From the NCBI RefSeq assembly GCF_000143415.4, contig NW_003314268.1:55291-119290 (forward strand): DNA of 64,000 nucleotides. Direction: 5' to 3'. Below the pieces are notes generated by a model, which searched no databases, had not been told where the DNA came from, and saw only the letters and a program-made list of their open reading frames with translations. A program made the translations under genes and the position numbers. Shown here in pieces: positions 29,134-41,064 of this stretch; the stretch's first letter is position 1, and every line of letters starts with the position of its first letter. This DNA comes from Selaginella moellendorffii (taxonomy: Eukaryota > Plantae > Lycopodiophyta).

Positions 29134-31023
29134 ATGTGTGATCACCGCAGGCTTGTTTCTCTGATTGAGTCGTGTAGAGATTTCTCCACAGCTGTTCGGA
29201 TCGAAGCGCGCATCGACTACCGAGACAACGACGTGTTGGTTCTCAACAAGCTGATAGAACTGTTTGGAAACTTTGGACGGATTGACAAGGCTCGAGAGAT
29301 TTTTGACAGGATCGGGCCAAGCAAGGACAGCTTCTCGTGGGTGTTTATGCTATCAGCCTATGCGCACAATGGCTACATTGACGATGCGGAGGGGATATTC
29401 ATTGCGATGCCCGGGAAGAACTTGTTTGCGTGGACTGCCATGCTCGCAGCATATGCCCAGAATGGGCAACTGCAGCAGGCCGAGATTCTGTTCGCTCGAA
29501 TGCCACTCTGGAATATCGTGACGTGGAATTCCATGCTGGCGGCGTACACGCAAGAGGGCCACATCCACGTGGCACGTTGCTTGTTTGATTATTTGCCCGA
29601 GCGCAATGTCATATCGTGGACTGTGCTTCTTACGGCATATGCTCAAAGAGGGGATTTGCTGCTCGCAAGAGGTTTGTTCGAGGATATGCCGCAGAGGAAT
29701 TTGTTTGCGTGGACTGCCATGCTGTCGGCATATGCCCAAGAATCTAATCTAGAAGAGGCAAAGTTTATGTTTGATAGAGTTCCAGAGCACAACGTTGTGA
29801 CGCAAAACGCAATGCTGACGACATATGCCCAGAACGGGTATTTGCAAGAAGCGAAGAAGATGTTTGATGACATGGCGGAGCGCGACGTCGTGACGTGGAA
29901 CTCGCTGCTGACGGGATTTGTCCAAGCTGGCAAGACTGAGGTGGCACGGCGTTTGTTTGAAGACATGCCAATGCGGAATCTAATGTCGTGTAACACCATG
30001 TCCTCGGCATATGCCCAGAAAGGGAATCTGGAAGATGCCAAGCATATTATTAGGACGTCTCCTTTTCTCAATCTGGTCACGTGTAATATTCTCCTGTCGG
30101 GAAGTTCCCAGAAAGGGAATCTTGCAGATGCCAGGAGCATGTTTAACAAAATGCCCGAGAAGAGCATGGTGACGTGGAATGCTATGCTTGTAGCATATGC
30201 CCAGAACGGGCACCTGGAAGAGGCCAAGTCAGCATTTGACGCGATGCCGGAACGTGACAGCGTGTCATGGAACGCCTTGCTGGCGGCTTACTCGCTCCAC
30301 GGCTATGCTGAGCTGGCGGAGCGGCTTTTCCAGGACATGATGACGTGGGAGCCTGACGTGGTGGCGTGGAACACGATGCTGGGCGTATATGCCCAATGCG
30401 GGCAATTGGAGAGAGTGGAGCCCTTGTTCTATCAAATGCCGCAGAGGAACATCGTCTCCTGGAACGCGATGCTGGGGGCGATCGCACAGGGGAAACATCG
30501 CGATCGCGTCACTGGATTCTTCTTCCGGATGCCAGAGCGCGACACAATCTCGTGGTCGACGCTGCTATCGGCGTATTCTTCCATGGGCGAGCACTCCTGC
30601 GCAATCAAAGCCTTCGATTCGATGAAGAGCAGCGAAGATCCGGACGCCGCGAGCTTCGTGTCGATCCTGGCGTGCTGCAGCTATGTCGGGAGGACGATTG
30701 GCCGCCGCTGTTTCGCTTGCATGGTCACGGATTTCCAGATCGCGCCCCAGAGGCAGCACTACTGCTGCATTGTCGATCTTCTAGCGCGGGCGGGATTCTT
30801 GGAGGAAGCGGAGGAGCTTGTGACGAACATGCCCTTTGTTCCACACGTCCTGGAGTACGTATGCTTGATCGGAGCCTCGAGAAACCACAGGGATCTGGTG
30901 TGTGGCAGTGGCGCCACGAAATCCGTGCTAGATCTAAGCCTGGGGCCGAGAGATTCTGCGGCATTCATCCTCCTCGCTAACATGTATAGCCTCAAGAACC
31001 CTAAATCTCTACAAGCAGCTTAA
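29134..31023 (+). CDS. PLS-class pentatricopeptide repeat protein with E extension and no DYW domain (probable organellar RNA-editing factor)
   Basis: Intronless, 629 aa; tandem 31-aa repeats (MP.RNVV.WNAML.AYAQNG.L.EA..FD); HYCCIVDLLARAGFLEEAEELVTNMPF; ends AAFILLANMYS. Confidence 0.93.
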   Translation: MCDHRRLVSLIESCRDFSTAVRIEARIDYRDNDVLVLNKLIELFGNFGRIDKAREIFDRIGPSKDSFSWVFMLSAYAHNGYIDDAEGIFIAMPGKNLFAWTAMLAAYAQNGQLQQAEILFARMPLWNIVTWNSMLAAYTQEGHIHVARCLFDYLPERNVISWTVLLTAYAQRGDLLLARGLFEDMPQRNLFAWTAMLSAYAQESNLEEAKFMFDRVPEHNVVTQNAMLTTYAQNGYLQEAKKMFDDMAERDVVTWNSLLTGFVQAGKTEVARRLFEDMPMRNLMSCNTMSSAYAQKGNLEDAKHIIRTSPFLNLVTCNILLSGSSQKGNLADARSMFNKMPEKSMVTWNAMLVAYAQNGHLEEAKSAFDAMPERDSVSWNALLAAYSLHGYAELAERLFQDMMTWEPDVVAWNTMLGVYAQCGQLERVEPLFYQMPQRNIVSWNAMLGAIAQGKHRDRVTGFFFRMPERDTISWSTLLSAYSSMGEHSCAIKAFDSMKSSEDPDAASFVSILACCSYVGRTIGRRCFACMVTDFQIAPQRQHYCCIVDLLARAGFLEEAEELVTNMPFVPHVLEYVCLIGASRNHRDLVCGSGATKSVLDLSLGPRDSAAFILLANMYSLKNPKSLQAA

Positions 31024-31162
31024 ACTTCCAATCCGACGGTTCAGATGTGCTTGATCTGGGCCGTTGGCACAGAGCATCTGGACCGTTGGCTTTAAGATAT
31101 GGTGTTTTGAATTGTTTGTCCAAACCCCAAAACCCCTAGGGGGAGGAAGACGAAGAACAGCG

Positions 31163-33267
31163 ATGTCAGCGGCGAGCACCGCCGTGAAATTAGGTATGCT
31201 CGCGACTCCCTCGAAGATCAGCGAATCGAGATGCCACAGGTCGACGCGCCGGGCGGAAGCTCACGCTTCCTCGTCAGGAACAGGGACAGGGATCTTGGAG
31301 ATGGGATCTTGCCGATGCGCAATGCAGCGCAGCGATGGCGAACTCATCCACAAGATGACTAAGAGCACAATGGAGGCCGCGATTGGGCCGGCCGGAGTAG
31401 AGCAGCAGCATCGAAATATTTCGGTGGCGACGAGACTGGCAGAGGGCGTGCTGGAAGAGAAGCCTTGCTTGGATGAGAATGCACAGCAATGGTGGATAGA
31501 ATCTGGGGGCAGGCTTCCTTCTCTCGAGAGGATTTTGCTAGAAGCGCGGTGGTCTTTCAGGCAAGAGGTAGAGTGGTCTTCTTCGAGAGAGGGTGATAGC
31601 GAGATGGAGGAATCTAGCAATCCCAAGGTTGTGAGATCGGGACGGCCTGGAGCAAGGCAACGAAGGCTTGCTGCCAAGGAGCAAAGGGGCGAGACCACGA
31701 CGAGTACTTCTTCCAGGGAGGAAGGCTTGGGGAACAACTCAAGCAAAAATGCTAGTGTTCCAACTCGACGAAGAAGGACTAAAGGCGTGAAAACGGAGAG
31801 ATCCATGAAAGGCTTCGTGGATTCGTTTCTTAAAAACGCTGAGCCGCATGACATGACGAACGAGGAGCAGCTTGATTTGTGGGAGAAAATACGTATGGCT
31901 GGTGAATTGGTGAAGGAACAAGAGAGGTTGGACTTGGCTGTTTTTCATTTTTTCTCTCACTCACTAGCATACTTTTACTTCCTTCCAGGCTGATCTCCAA
32001 ACTTGGTTACGAGCCTTCCATGCACCAATTGGCGACAGCGTCGGGGTTGCCTGTGAAGCAAGTGACACTGATTTTGAGCCAAGGCGGTGCCGCGAGGAAG
32101 CGGATGATCCTGTCCAATCTCAGGCTCGTCGTCGCAATTGCAAGGCGCTACGAGAACATGGGAGTTGAGATTGGCGATCTGATTCAGGTGGTGATTCCGT
32201 TTCCTCGTCCAAGTTTTGCAATTTCAAACGTAAGAACAGCTCTACGCTGAAGCAGGAAGGTACTCTTGGACTCATCCACGGGCTTGAGAAGTTCGACGTG
32301 AGCCGAGGCTTCAAATTCTCTACATATGCGTACTGGTGGATCTTTCAAGTAAGTAGATCCTTTTCTGGTGCTTAGATACCTCGGAGAACTTAGAGGACTA
32401 TGGTTTGGTTTTTTTCACGCAGGCAATGATCCGATCTTTGGACAAGCGAGGGAAATGCGTGAGATATCCATTCCATCTCTGTGAAGCCATCCGAAAGATC
32501 AATCAGCTGAGGAACAGACAAGTTGACGACAGGCCAGTGTCAGTCGAGGTAAAGTTTACTCTTTTACGGTCAAGCAATTTTCCAGTTCCTTTATATTTTG
32601 TTCTAGACTATGATGCAAGTCCTTAAGCTGCCGAGGGCCAGGATCGAAATCGCCCTTCAGGTTTAGACATGCCTCGTCTTTTCTGCGTTTACCAATAGTA
32701 TTTCAGGCAAGCAACTACAGGCTAACATCCTTAGATCGACATGTAGCCAACAAACGCTGCTTTGAAGAAGGGGATCCTCTCGAGGACGTAAGTAGCAATT
32801 GGACTTTTTTCCCTTAGATCATATGGTCACTTCACATTCAATGCACAGTTTATCGTTGATCAAAACGTGGAGAATCAGCCATGGCTGATGGCGGAAAGAG
32901 ATGCTGTGAAGGTAAAAACGCTTACTTTCAAGCAATAGTTCTCATTTTGTATGATTCTCAGGAAGAATTGGATCGACTTCTGGAATCAAAGCTAGATGCT
33001 CGAGAACGCGAAGTTATCAGAAAACGCTTTGGCCTCCATCCCAACCAGACATCGCCACTCTCAAGGCACGAAATTGGTAGAAGGTAAGCTCTCTTCGTCT
33101 AAAGTTTGGAGTTTTTTCTTCACGATTTGCGATCTATCAGCTGTGGAATCTCGAGAGAACGAGTAAGACAATTGGAGAACGATGCCATGGCCAAGCTCCG
33201 CGCTTGCAAGTCGAGATTAAGCATGGAATTCCTCTTAAGCTCCGCGTATGACACTATCCTTTGGTAA
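31163..33267 (+). CDS. Nuclear-encoded plastid RNA polymerase sigma-70 factor (closest recalled match SIG1-like)
   Basis: Transit-peptide-like N-terminus; [45 protein letters not shown] (region 2); [32 protein letters not shown] (region 4); stop at 33265-33267. Confidence 0.9.
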
Positions 33268-33468
33268 AAGTAAAATAGTTGAAATCAAATGTAAAAGTTT
33301 TGTTTGCCGTTGGATTGTCCCCATCTCTGGCCGTCTAAATTTCGAGGCAAGGGTTTGCGCCCTGGAAGCGCTGGATCTAGGTGGAGCGCGCTCGAGCTGA
33401 GATTCGGGCGCCCTAGGTCAGTTCTCTAGCTGCGGGAGTGCGCAGATCGAAGCCGCGCTAGATCGAAG

Positions 33469-36400
33469 ATGCTGACGAAATTCGAGACCAAGAGCAATCG
33501 CGTCAAGGGCTTGAGCTTCCATCCCCGGCGGCCATGGATCTTGGCCAGTCTCCACAGCGGCGTCATCCAGCTATGGGATTACCGGATGGGATCGCTGATA
33601 GATCGCTTCGACGAGCACGATGGGCCGGTTCGCGGCGTCCACTTCCACAGATCTCAGCCACTTTTCGTCTCGGGAGGTAAGATTTCCTTGCTTTCCTCAC
33701 CGATCGATCGACATTTTGTTCGATCGACCGATTTCTTTGCTTTCCTGAGTCGCTGCTGAAAGGATCCCTTCTTTTTAAGGTGATGACTACAAGATCAAGG
33801 TGTGGAACTACAAGACGAGGAGATGCCTGTTCACGCTGCTGGGCCATTTGGATTACATCCGGACAGTCCAGTTCCATCAAGAGTATCCTTGGATCGTGAG
33901 CGCCAGCGACGATCAGACTATCAGGATCTGGAACTGGCAGTCCCGGACGTGTATCTCCGTGCTCACAGGCCACAATCACTACGTGATGTGTGCCTCGTTC
34001 CACGTCAAGGAGGATCTCGTGGTTTCGGCGTCGCTGGATCAGACTGTTCGTGTGTGGGATATCAGTGCTCTACGCAAGAAGACTGTTTCTCCGGCCGAGG
34101 ATCTTCTGAGGCTCACTCAGATGAACAGCGATCTGTTTGGTGGCGGTGATGCGGTTGTCAAGTATGTGCTTGAAGGCCATGACAGGGGTGTCAACTGGGC
34201 TTCCTTCCATCCGAGCTTGCCTCTCATTGTCTCTGGAGCTGATGATCGACAAGTCAAGTTGTGGAGGATGAATGGTAAGCCCATTGTTCTCCTTTTTTAT
34301 CTCTCTTGCTTTCTAAAATTTCTTTGTTTTTTCCATTTTCTAGATACGAAGGCTTGGGAGGTGGACACCTTACGAGGTCACGTAAACAACGTCTCCTGCG
34401 TCATGTTCCACGCTCGCCAGGACATTATCGTCTCGAACTCGGAGGACAAGACCATTCGGATCTGGGACATGTCGAAGCGATCTGGCGTGCATACTTTCAG
34501 GAGAGAGCACGACCGTTTCTGGATTCTTTCGGGCCACCCTGAGATGAATCTACTCGCAGCGGGACATGACAGCGGCATGATCGTGTTTAAGCTGGAAAGG
34601 GAGAGGCCGGCGTATACAGTCAGTGGAGGGGTGCTGTACTACGTCAAAGAAAGACATTTGAGGACTTACGATTTTGCCACCGGGAAGGACAACCCCCTGA
34701 TCGCCATCCGGAGGCCTGGATCTACTGGGATGAACCAAGCACCGAGAACTATGTCTTACAATCCAGCGGAGAATGCCGTGCTCTTGTGCTCCGACGTTGA
34801 CAACGGTTCTTACGAGTTGTACGTCATATCGAAGGACAGCATTGGCAAGAACGATACTCAAGAAGCAAAGAAAGGCAGTGGATCATCGGCTGTTTTCGTG
34901 GCCAGGAACCGGTTTGCAGTTCTAGATAAGGCTCACAACTTGATTGTAGTCAGGAATCTCCGGAACGAGCTCTCGAAGAAAGTCGACGCTCCGGCACCAA
35001 CAGTAGATGCAATCTTCTATGCGGGAACAGGAACTCTTCTCTGTCGCTCAGATGACAAGGTGATCTTGTTCGACATCCAGCAAAAGTCGATTTTGGGAGA
35101 GATCAACAGCCCGCAGGTGAAGTACGTGGTGTGGTCACAGGATATGGAGGCTGTTGCTTTAGTGAGCAAGCATAGTATCGTCATGGCAACGAAGAAGCTA
35201 GCTCTTAAGTGCAGTGTTCACGAGACAATTCGTATCAAGAGTGCTGCATGGGACGAAACAGGAGTGTTCATCTATACGACGTTGAATCATATCAAGTACT
35301 GCCTTCCAAATGGAGACAGCGGCACCATCATGACTCTGGACGTTCCCATTTACATCACTCGAGTTGCTGGAGACAAGGTTTACTGTCTCGACAGGGATGG
35401 AAAAGTGAGGACGATCACCATCGACACTACAGAGTTTACGTTCAAGCTTGCATTGATTCAGAAGCGTTATGACCGAGTTTTGGAGATGATCAGAAGCTCC
35501 CAACTTTGTGGACAGGCGATCATCTCGTACCTCCAGCAGAAAGGATTTCCAGAGGTGGCCTTGCACTTTGTCAAGGATGAGAGGACGAGGTTCAATCTGG
35601 CTATCGAGTGCGGCAACATCGAAGTGGCAGTCGTGTCAGCAAAGGAAATCGACGAGAAGGATTACTGGTACAGGCTCGGAGTGGAGGCTTTGCGACAGGG
35701 AAACCATGAGATTGTGGAGTACGCTTACCAGCGGACGAAGAACTTTGAGAGGCTGTCGTTCCTCTACTTGATAACTGGTAACTTGGAGAAGCTGTCCAAG
35801 ATGCTCAAGATCGCAGAGATGAGGAACGACGTGATGGGATGCTTCCACAACGCCTTGTACCTGGGCGACGTCGAAGAGCGAGTGAAGCTACTTGAGAAAT
35901 CGGGACACCTTCCTCTTGCCTATGCAGCGGCTAAAGTTCATGGTCTCGATGAGGTGGCGGAGCGTTTGGCCACTGAGCTGGGTGATAAGGTTCCACAGAT
36001 TCCGAAACTCGAGACGTCGAAGCTGCTACTGCCGCCGAGCCCAATCCTCCGTGACAACAACTGGCCTTTGCTCCTGATCAGCAAAGGCTTCTTCGAAGGC
36101 GCCTTTGCTGAGCCGGGGGTGGTAGACCAAGAAGAAGAAAACGCCCCGGATGCTTGGGGCGACGAGCTCGTCATACCCAGCGGAGATGCTCAAGCTGGAG
36201 CTGCCGAGGCCGAAGACCTGGAGGAGGCCGGAAGAGCTGGTCCTGGAGCCGAGGGCGAGGAGGAAGGAGGATGGGAACTGGAAGACTTGGAACTTCCTCC
36301 GGAAGTGGTGCAGTCGCAAGCCTCGGCNNNNNNNNNNNNNNNNNNNNNNNNNNNNNNNNNNNNNNNNNNNNNNNNNNNNNNNNNNNNNNNNNNNNNNNNN

Positions 36401-37291
36401 NNNNNNNNNNNNNNNNNNNNNNNNNNNNNNNNNNNNNNNNNNNNNNNNNNNNNNNNNNNNNNNNNNNNNNNNNNNNNNNNNNNNNNNNNNNNNNNNNNNN
36501 NNNNNNNNNNNNNNNNNNNNNNNNNNNNNNNNNNNNNNTTCAGGCCAGTCGAGTCCCTCACATATGGGCTCGAGAGGAACTGGTCGGACTCGTCACCTCC
36601 AAACGTCCGAAACGGCCCGGCACTAATCTACAAGCTCCCGGCGCTGGAAGATCGAGCAAAGCAGGCGTACAAGGCGACAACTGAGGGGAAGTTTAGCGAA
36701 GCTCTCCGCCTCTTCCTGAGCATCCTCCACACCGTTCCAGTGATCGTGGTGGACAGCCGCAAGGAAGTTGACGACGTCAAGGACCTCATCGGCAAGAGCA
36801 AGGAGTACGTCCTTACGCTCAAGATGGAGCTCAAGCGCAAGGAGCTCAAAGACGAGCCGGTCCGGCAGGCCGAGCTCGCGGCCTACTTCACTCACTGCGA
36901 CATCCAGCCTTCTCACATCCGGCTGGGACTCCAGTCGGCCATGGGGGTCGCGTATCGCTGCAACAATTTCAACACGGCGGCGCAGCTGGCGAGGCGATTG
37001 CTGGACATGAATCCAAGCCAGGCCGGCATCGCCAAGGCGAAGCAGGTCCTCCAGGCGTGCGAGAGGAACCCCCGCGACGAGAACAGGATGAACTACGACG
37101 GCAGGAACCCGTTTGTGGTGTGTGGAGCGACGTTTACGCCCATCTACGCGGGAAGCAGATCGGTGTCGTGCCCCTACTGCGCTGCTCGGTTCGTCCCCGA
37201 GGTGGCCGGGCAGATTTGCAGCGTCTGTGACTTGGCGGTGGTGGACGCTGATGCGTCCGGGCTTGTGTGCTCCGCGACTCAATCGCGATGA
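33469..37291 (+). CDS. COPA: Coatomer subunit alpha (alpha-COP)
   Basis: [41 protein letters not shown]; WD40 repeats; C-terminal [24 protein letters not shown]; introns at about 33677-33779 and 34274-34343; contains an assembly gap. Confidence 0.97.
36328..36538. other. Assembly gap (211 N)
   Basis: Run of n. Confidence 1.
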
Positions 37292-38300
37292 GGTGGAAGA
37301 ACATCATGAGGTAAGAAAAAAACATTTCTCTTTTTTACTTCGTGATAACTCTTTTGTTTGCTCTGGCAGGACTTTGGCTTTCTTTTGTAGTACCTTCTTC
37401 GTGAAATAATTTAATGAAATACTGTACCAGAGTATATCAAGAATAGTTAATGAGTGCAAGATTGTGCTAATTATTATTCTATATATTATCATGGAGAGCA
37501 GCAACTATATTGACACTGTTAGCACATTACATTTGATCGGTCAACATGCAAGCTTTTTATCACACGTCTTCTAATGCACATTGTCCAGGTACGGTATCTT
37601 GAATGGGATTGGAAATCCAATTCCGTCAGCGCAGACTAGGTTAATCGATAATAAATTGGACGACTCACAACGTTGTCCCTCTTCTGATTCTCTCTTAAAC
37701 TCAGCTCCAGATTTTCCAACTTGTAAGTCTAAGAAATGAGAGACTGGGAGATTAAAAAACACGATGGCTGCCGCTCTCCTCCCTGCTACTAAAGCAGAGT
37801 TTCTGGTCCTGCTTGCGACACCATCAAGAAACCACCGGCATTGGAGGAGAATGAACTTTGATTCTCACTACTATACATCTTTGTAAAGAGCAACAATCAA
37901 GGGTGCTTGAGCTTCCTACTGAGGATTTTGGATTATACACAGTTGCTATTGGTTAACTACCACATTGGACATCTTGGAAGCATATGAGCAGCCTGATCCA
38001 AAGTTGGATGTAGTGGATGAGAAGAGTGAAGATGCCAATACGCAAGAGAAACTCTTGGATACGCCTCACTTACAGGTATTTGGCCATGGTTTTCCAGATT
38101 CCATTCATGAGGTTCGCTTCATGGTTTGCCTTAAAAGAGTTCTCCAAATGGTTTCACAGGTATATAGTACAGCCTCAAGAGAACACAGTTTTTGCATTGT
38201 GACAAGGCATGGCAACAATTCATTTGGTTCAATTTTGGGAGCAAGCACATAGCAAAAGTAAGCATGACAATAAAAAGAGAAAGAGAATTCCTTGCTTGCT

Positions 38301-38579
38301 TAGATGCTTTATTTCGTTAAAGTGGAACTTTTCATTATCCCACTTATGGTGTGTGGCCACATGCCATTTTTATAACAACAATAAAAAATTGAAGTTTTAG
38401 CTTTATAATTTATAAATTAAAAACTTTTCATATGATTTTGTGTTATAATATTGTGAAATATAAAAAATATAGAAATATTAATAAATATTAATTAAGTACT
38501 AGGAAATGGCATGTGGACACATGCTAATTAATGTCCCACTTTACTGAATAAGTTCCACTTTAACGAAATAAAGCATTTA
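38301..38579. mobile_element. MITE-like element with long terminal inverted repeats
   Basis: TAGATGCTTTATTTCGTTAAAGTGGAACTT at the left and AAGTTCCACTTTAACGAAATAAAGCATTTA at the right; inner inverted pair CCACATGCCATTT / AAATGGCATGTGG; AT-rich core. Confidence 0.8.
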
Positions 38580-38799
38580 GTGCTTCAACTTGCTGTGTGT
38601 TGAGTGAACATCAAGCAACTACTTTGTTTAGTATAATTTATAAATATAAAATTAATCTTATTATATATCACTTTATGATAATTGCTATTATTCATTATTG
38701 GGATGATGCTTTCCCACATGTTTCTAAAAGATAATGAATTAATTGTATTGTAAGGATTGAAGTTTTCTTTTGGATATCTTTAAGTGTGCATTTGGACAT

Positions 38800-40895
38800 A
38801 TTAATGATTATTATGATCTCTATTAGGAGTTGTGGAACCTTTTGCTTCATGAGAGTCAAATATGTTAGAGTAAATCAAATTAAGTATATTATATTGAGCA
38901 CTTCATCAAATCATATGGGATATATATATGCCAACCATCCTTGACAATGCTCTTCGACTGGTATAATATCATGAGATATAATGCATTGGTCATCAAAGGA
39001 TTTCAAGATTTTATAAGCAAATGTTAAGAAGATGTTAGAGAAAAGTGTTATCTAAAGTCTTTATTTTGTGACAAAGTTTTATAGGAGTATTTGATTCTAT
39101 CATTTATTAAACAATGTGAATATTCCATATATATACCCTTACACTAAAGATCTTTTGGATTGTTTGGGTAAAAGTTATTAGTTCATCCAATTAAATTTTT
39201 CTTTTGAGTACTAATAAATCTCAATGGCTAAGAAAGATGTTTTAAAGACTACTTTTTGTACACTTTATAGTTTGTGATGATGCCATTCAATTTGAATAAT
39301 ACTATAATGGCGAATGATGGATAAAATTCTTTTTATGCCAAAGTGATTATTAATTTTATTGATGATGTCTTGATTCATTTGAAGGAATATAAAAGGAGCA
39401 CAATCATGATGTTTACAATTAATTTAAAGCTGAAGCGGTTGAAGTGTGTATTTGGGTTTAATAACATAATTTATCTTAGGTATTATATTTTTATGAGGTC
39501 TTACAAGTTGATCCTAACAAACAAAATGTTATTCTGAAGTTCTCCACTCAAAAATGTATAAACAATATGTAGTGTTTCCTTAATAAATACAATATTTTAA
39601 TTGTTTTGTTATTCATCTTTCTAATTGTAATATGAGTTGTTAAAGTCATCAACAACATCTTTTATTAGGTATGAAGATAATAAATAAACATTTGTAAATC
39701 TTAAAGAAGTGTTAATAACTTCTTCAATTTTGGCATGTGGATGCTTTTAATATTGATCTTGAAGGTGTGTTGATGTAAGAGAATATAAGTGTACTTGGTC
39801 AACATCATCCTATTGCATACATCAGTCATATATTACAACTAATAAAGGTGAATTACTTTATAGTAGGAAATGAGTCTTTAGCATTAGTTTGGGTTTCAAG
39901 AAGCTTCATGTGTACTTGCATAGTTCTTATATGTTGTTATAAGGTGATTATGTTGCAATTACTTCCTTATTGAAGCAAAAAAATTTAGTTGATCATATTG
40001 TTCAGTAGGCTTTAAAGTTTCAAATATATAATTTCAGGGTTTTTCATTAGTCGAGGAGTTTATAGTTGATATTAACACCCTTTCTCGAACTCCTCTCGCT
40101 TTTTACTTTCTTATTTTATTTTGGAGGAGTTTGTTATTTTTTGCATTAATGGAGTTTCTAGATGACAATTATATATCGTTAGTGGTTGTTATGCTTGATG
40201 GTCAATATTTGTAATGTGCAGAGTTAGATTTACCTTCTTTAAACAAGGTTTATGAGGCTTAAAAGGTTAAGCCATAGATTCGAAGGCTTCATAATAGATT
40301 TGAAAATCATGTTGTAAGCAACCAAACGGAATGGCTCAAAGGACAATCCATAAGAGTTCAAATATAGAGGGAAAGGACTTATGAATAAAAGTGCACCCCT
40401 TTTTCCAAACGATTAAGGGTCTTGGGATATTTGAGGTTAAGACCCTAAACCGTCTTTGAATTTGAATAGTACTAAGCTGAGTGACCTTCCGAATCCAATA
40501 GCTTACATTTGGTATCAAAGGGGTCTTGAGTCCAACTCTATTGGTTAGCTTAGGGGAATCACACTACATGTTGAGATTGACATCTGGTAGGTCCAGTTTG
40601 CCTTCAGCTGGGCTCAACCCAAGTAAACTTGTAGGGAAGTATGGTGGATTGTAAGCAACCAAAGGGAACGACTTGAGAAACAATCCATAAAGGTTCAAAT
40701 ATAGAGGGAAAGGGCCCATGAATAAAAATACACCCCTTTTTCCAATCAGTTAAAGATATTAGGATATTTGGGGTTAAGCATCCTTAGGTTTGAATAATAC
40801 TAGGGTGGGTGACCTTCCAGGAAGTCCAAATTTAAGAGCTTACACATGTATCACTTTTTGATTACTTGCTATTTCAATATTTATATTCTCAATAT
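38800..40895 (+). mobile_element. Heavily decayed gypsy pol (RT and RNase H), same family as 14252-17500; left part of a split host element
   Basis: RT remnants (..PYTKDLLDCLGK.., KTTFCT, INFIDDVLI); 39815-40310 and 40850-40895 align with 15508-16050. Confidence 0.8.
40313..40844 (+). mobile_element. Cassandra-like TRIM (non-coding mini LTR retrotransposon with a 5S rRNA-derived segment in the LTRs)
   Basis: LTRs 40313-40507 and 40650-40844 (both 195 bp, TGTAAGC..GCTTACA); PBS TGGTATCAAAG at 40510; 142-bp internal region ending in a purine-rich tract; TSD CATGT on both sides; 40772-40827 aligns without gaps to the 5S rRNA A-box to C-box region. Confidence 0.9.
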
Positions 40896-41064
40896 TCGTA
40901 GTATAGGTGATTTTGGCCATATACTTTATTATAGGATAACTATATAGAAGAATTGGTATCTATGTTAAAGATAACAAAGCATAACCCAAGTTTCAAGGCC
41001 TTGGGCCATTAAATAAAGTGGATAAGTCCAAAAATAGAAACTTTTCAAAAAGTTCTCTATATAT

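Noticed and set aside
33800-37291. 1163-aa single ORF in the track
   Set aside because: The track frame runs across an intron and the N gap; the true start is 33469.
37560-38260. Short ORFs after COPA; similarly 54710-55450 and 56117-56473
   Set aside because: No recognisable domain or consistent exon structure.
40772-40827. Possible 5S rRNA gene
   Set aside because: Only about 56 nt, lacks the 5' part, and lies inside an LTR; treated as part of the TRIM.
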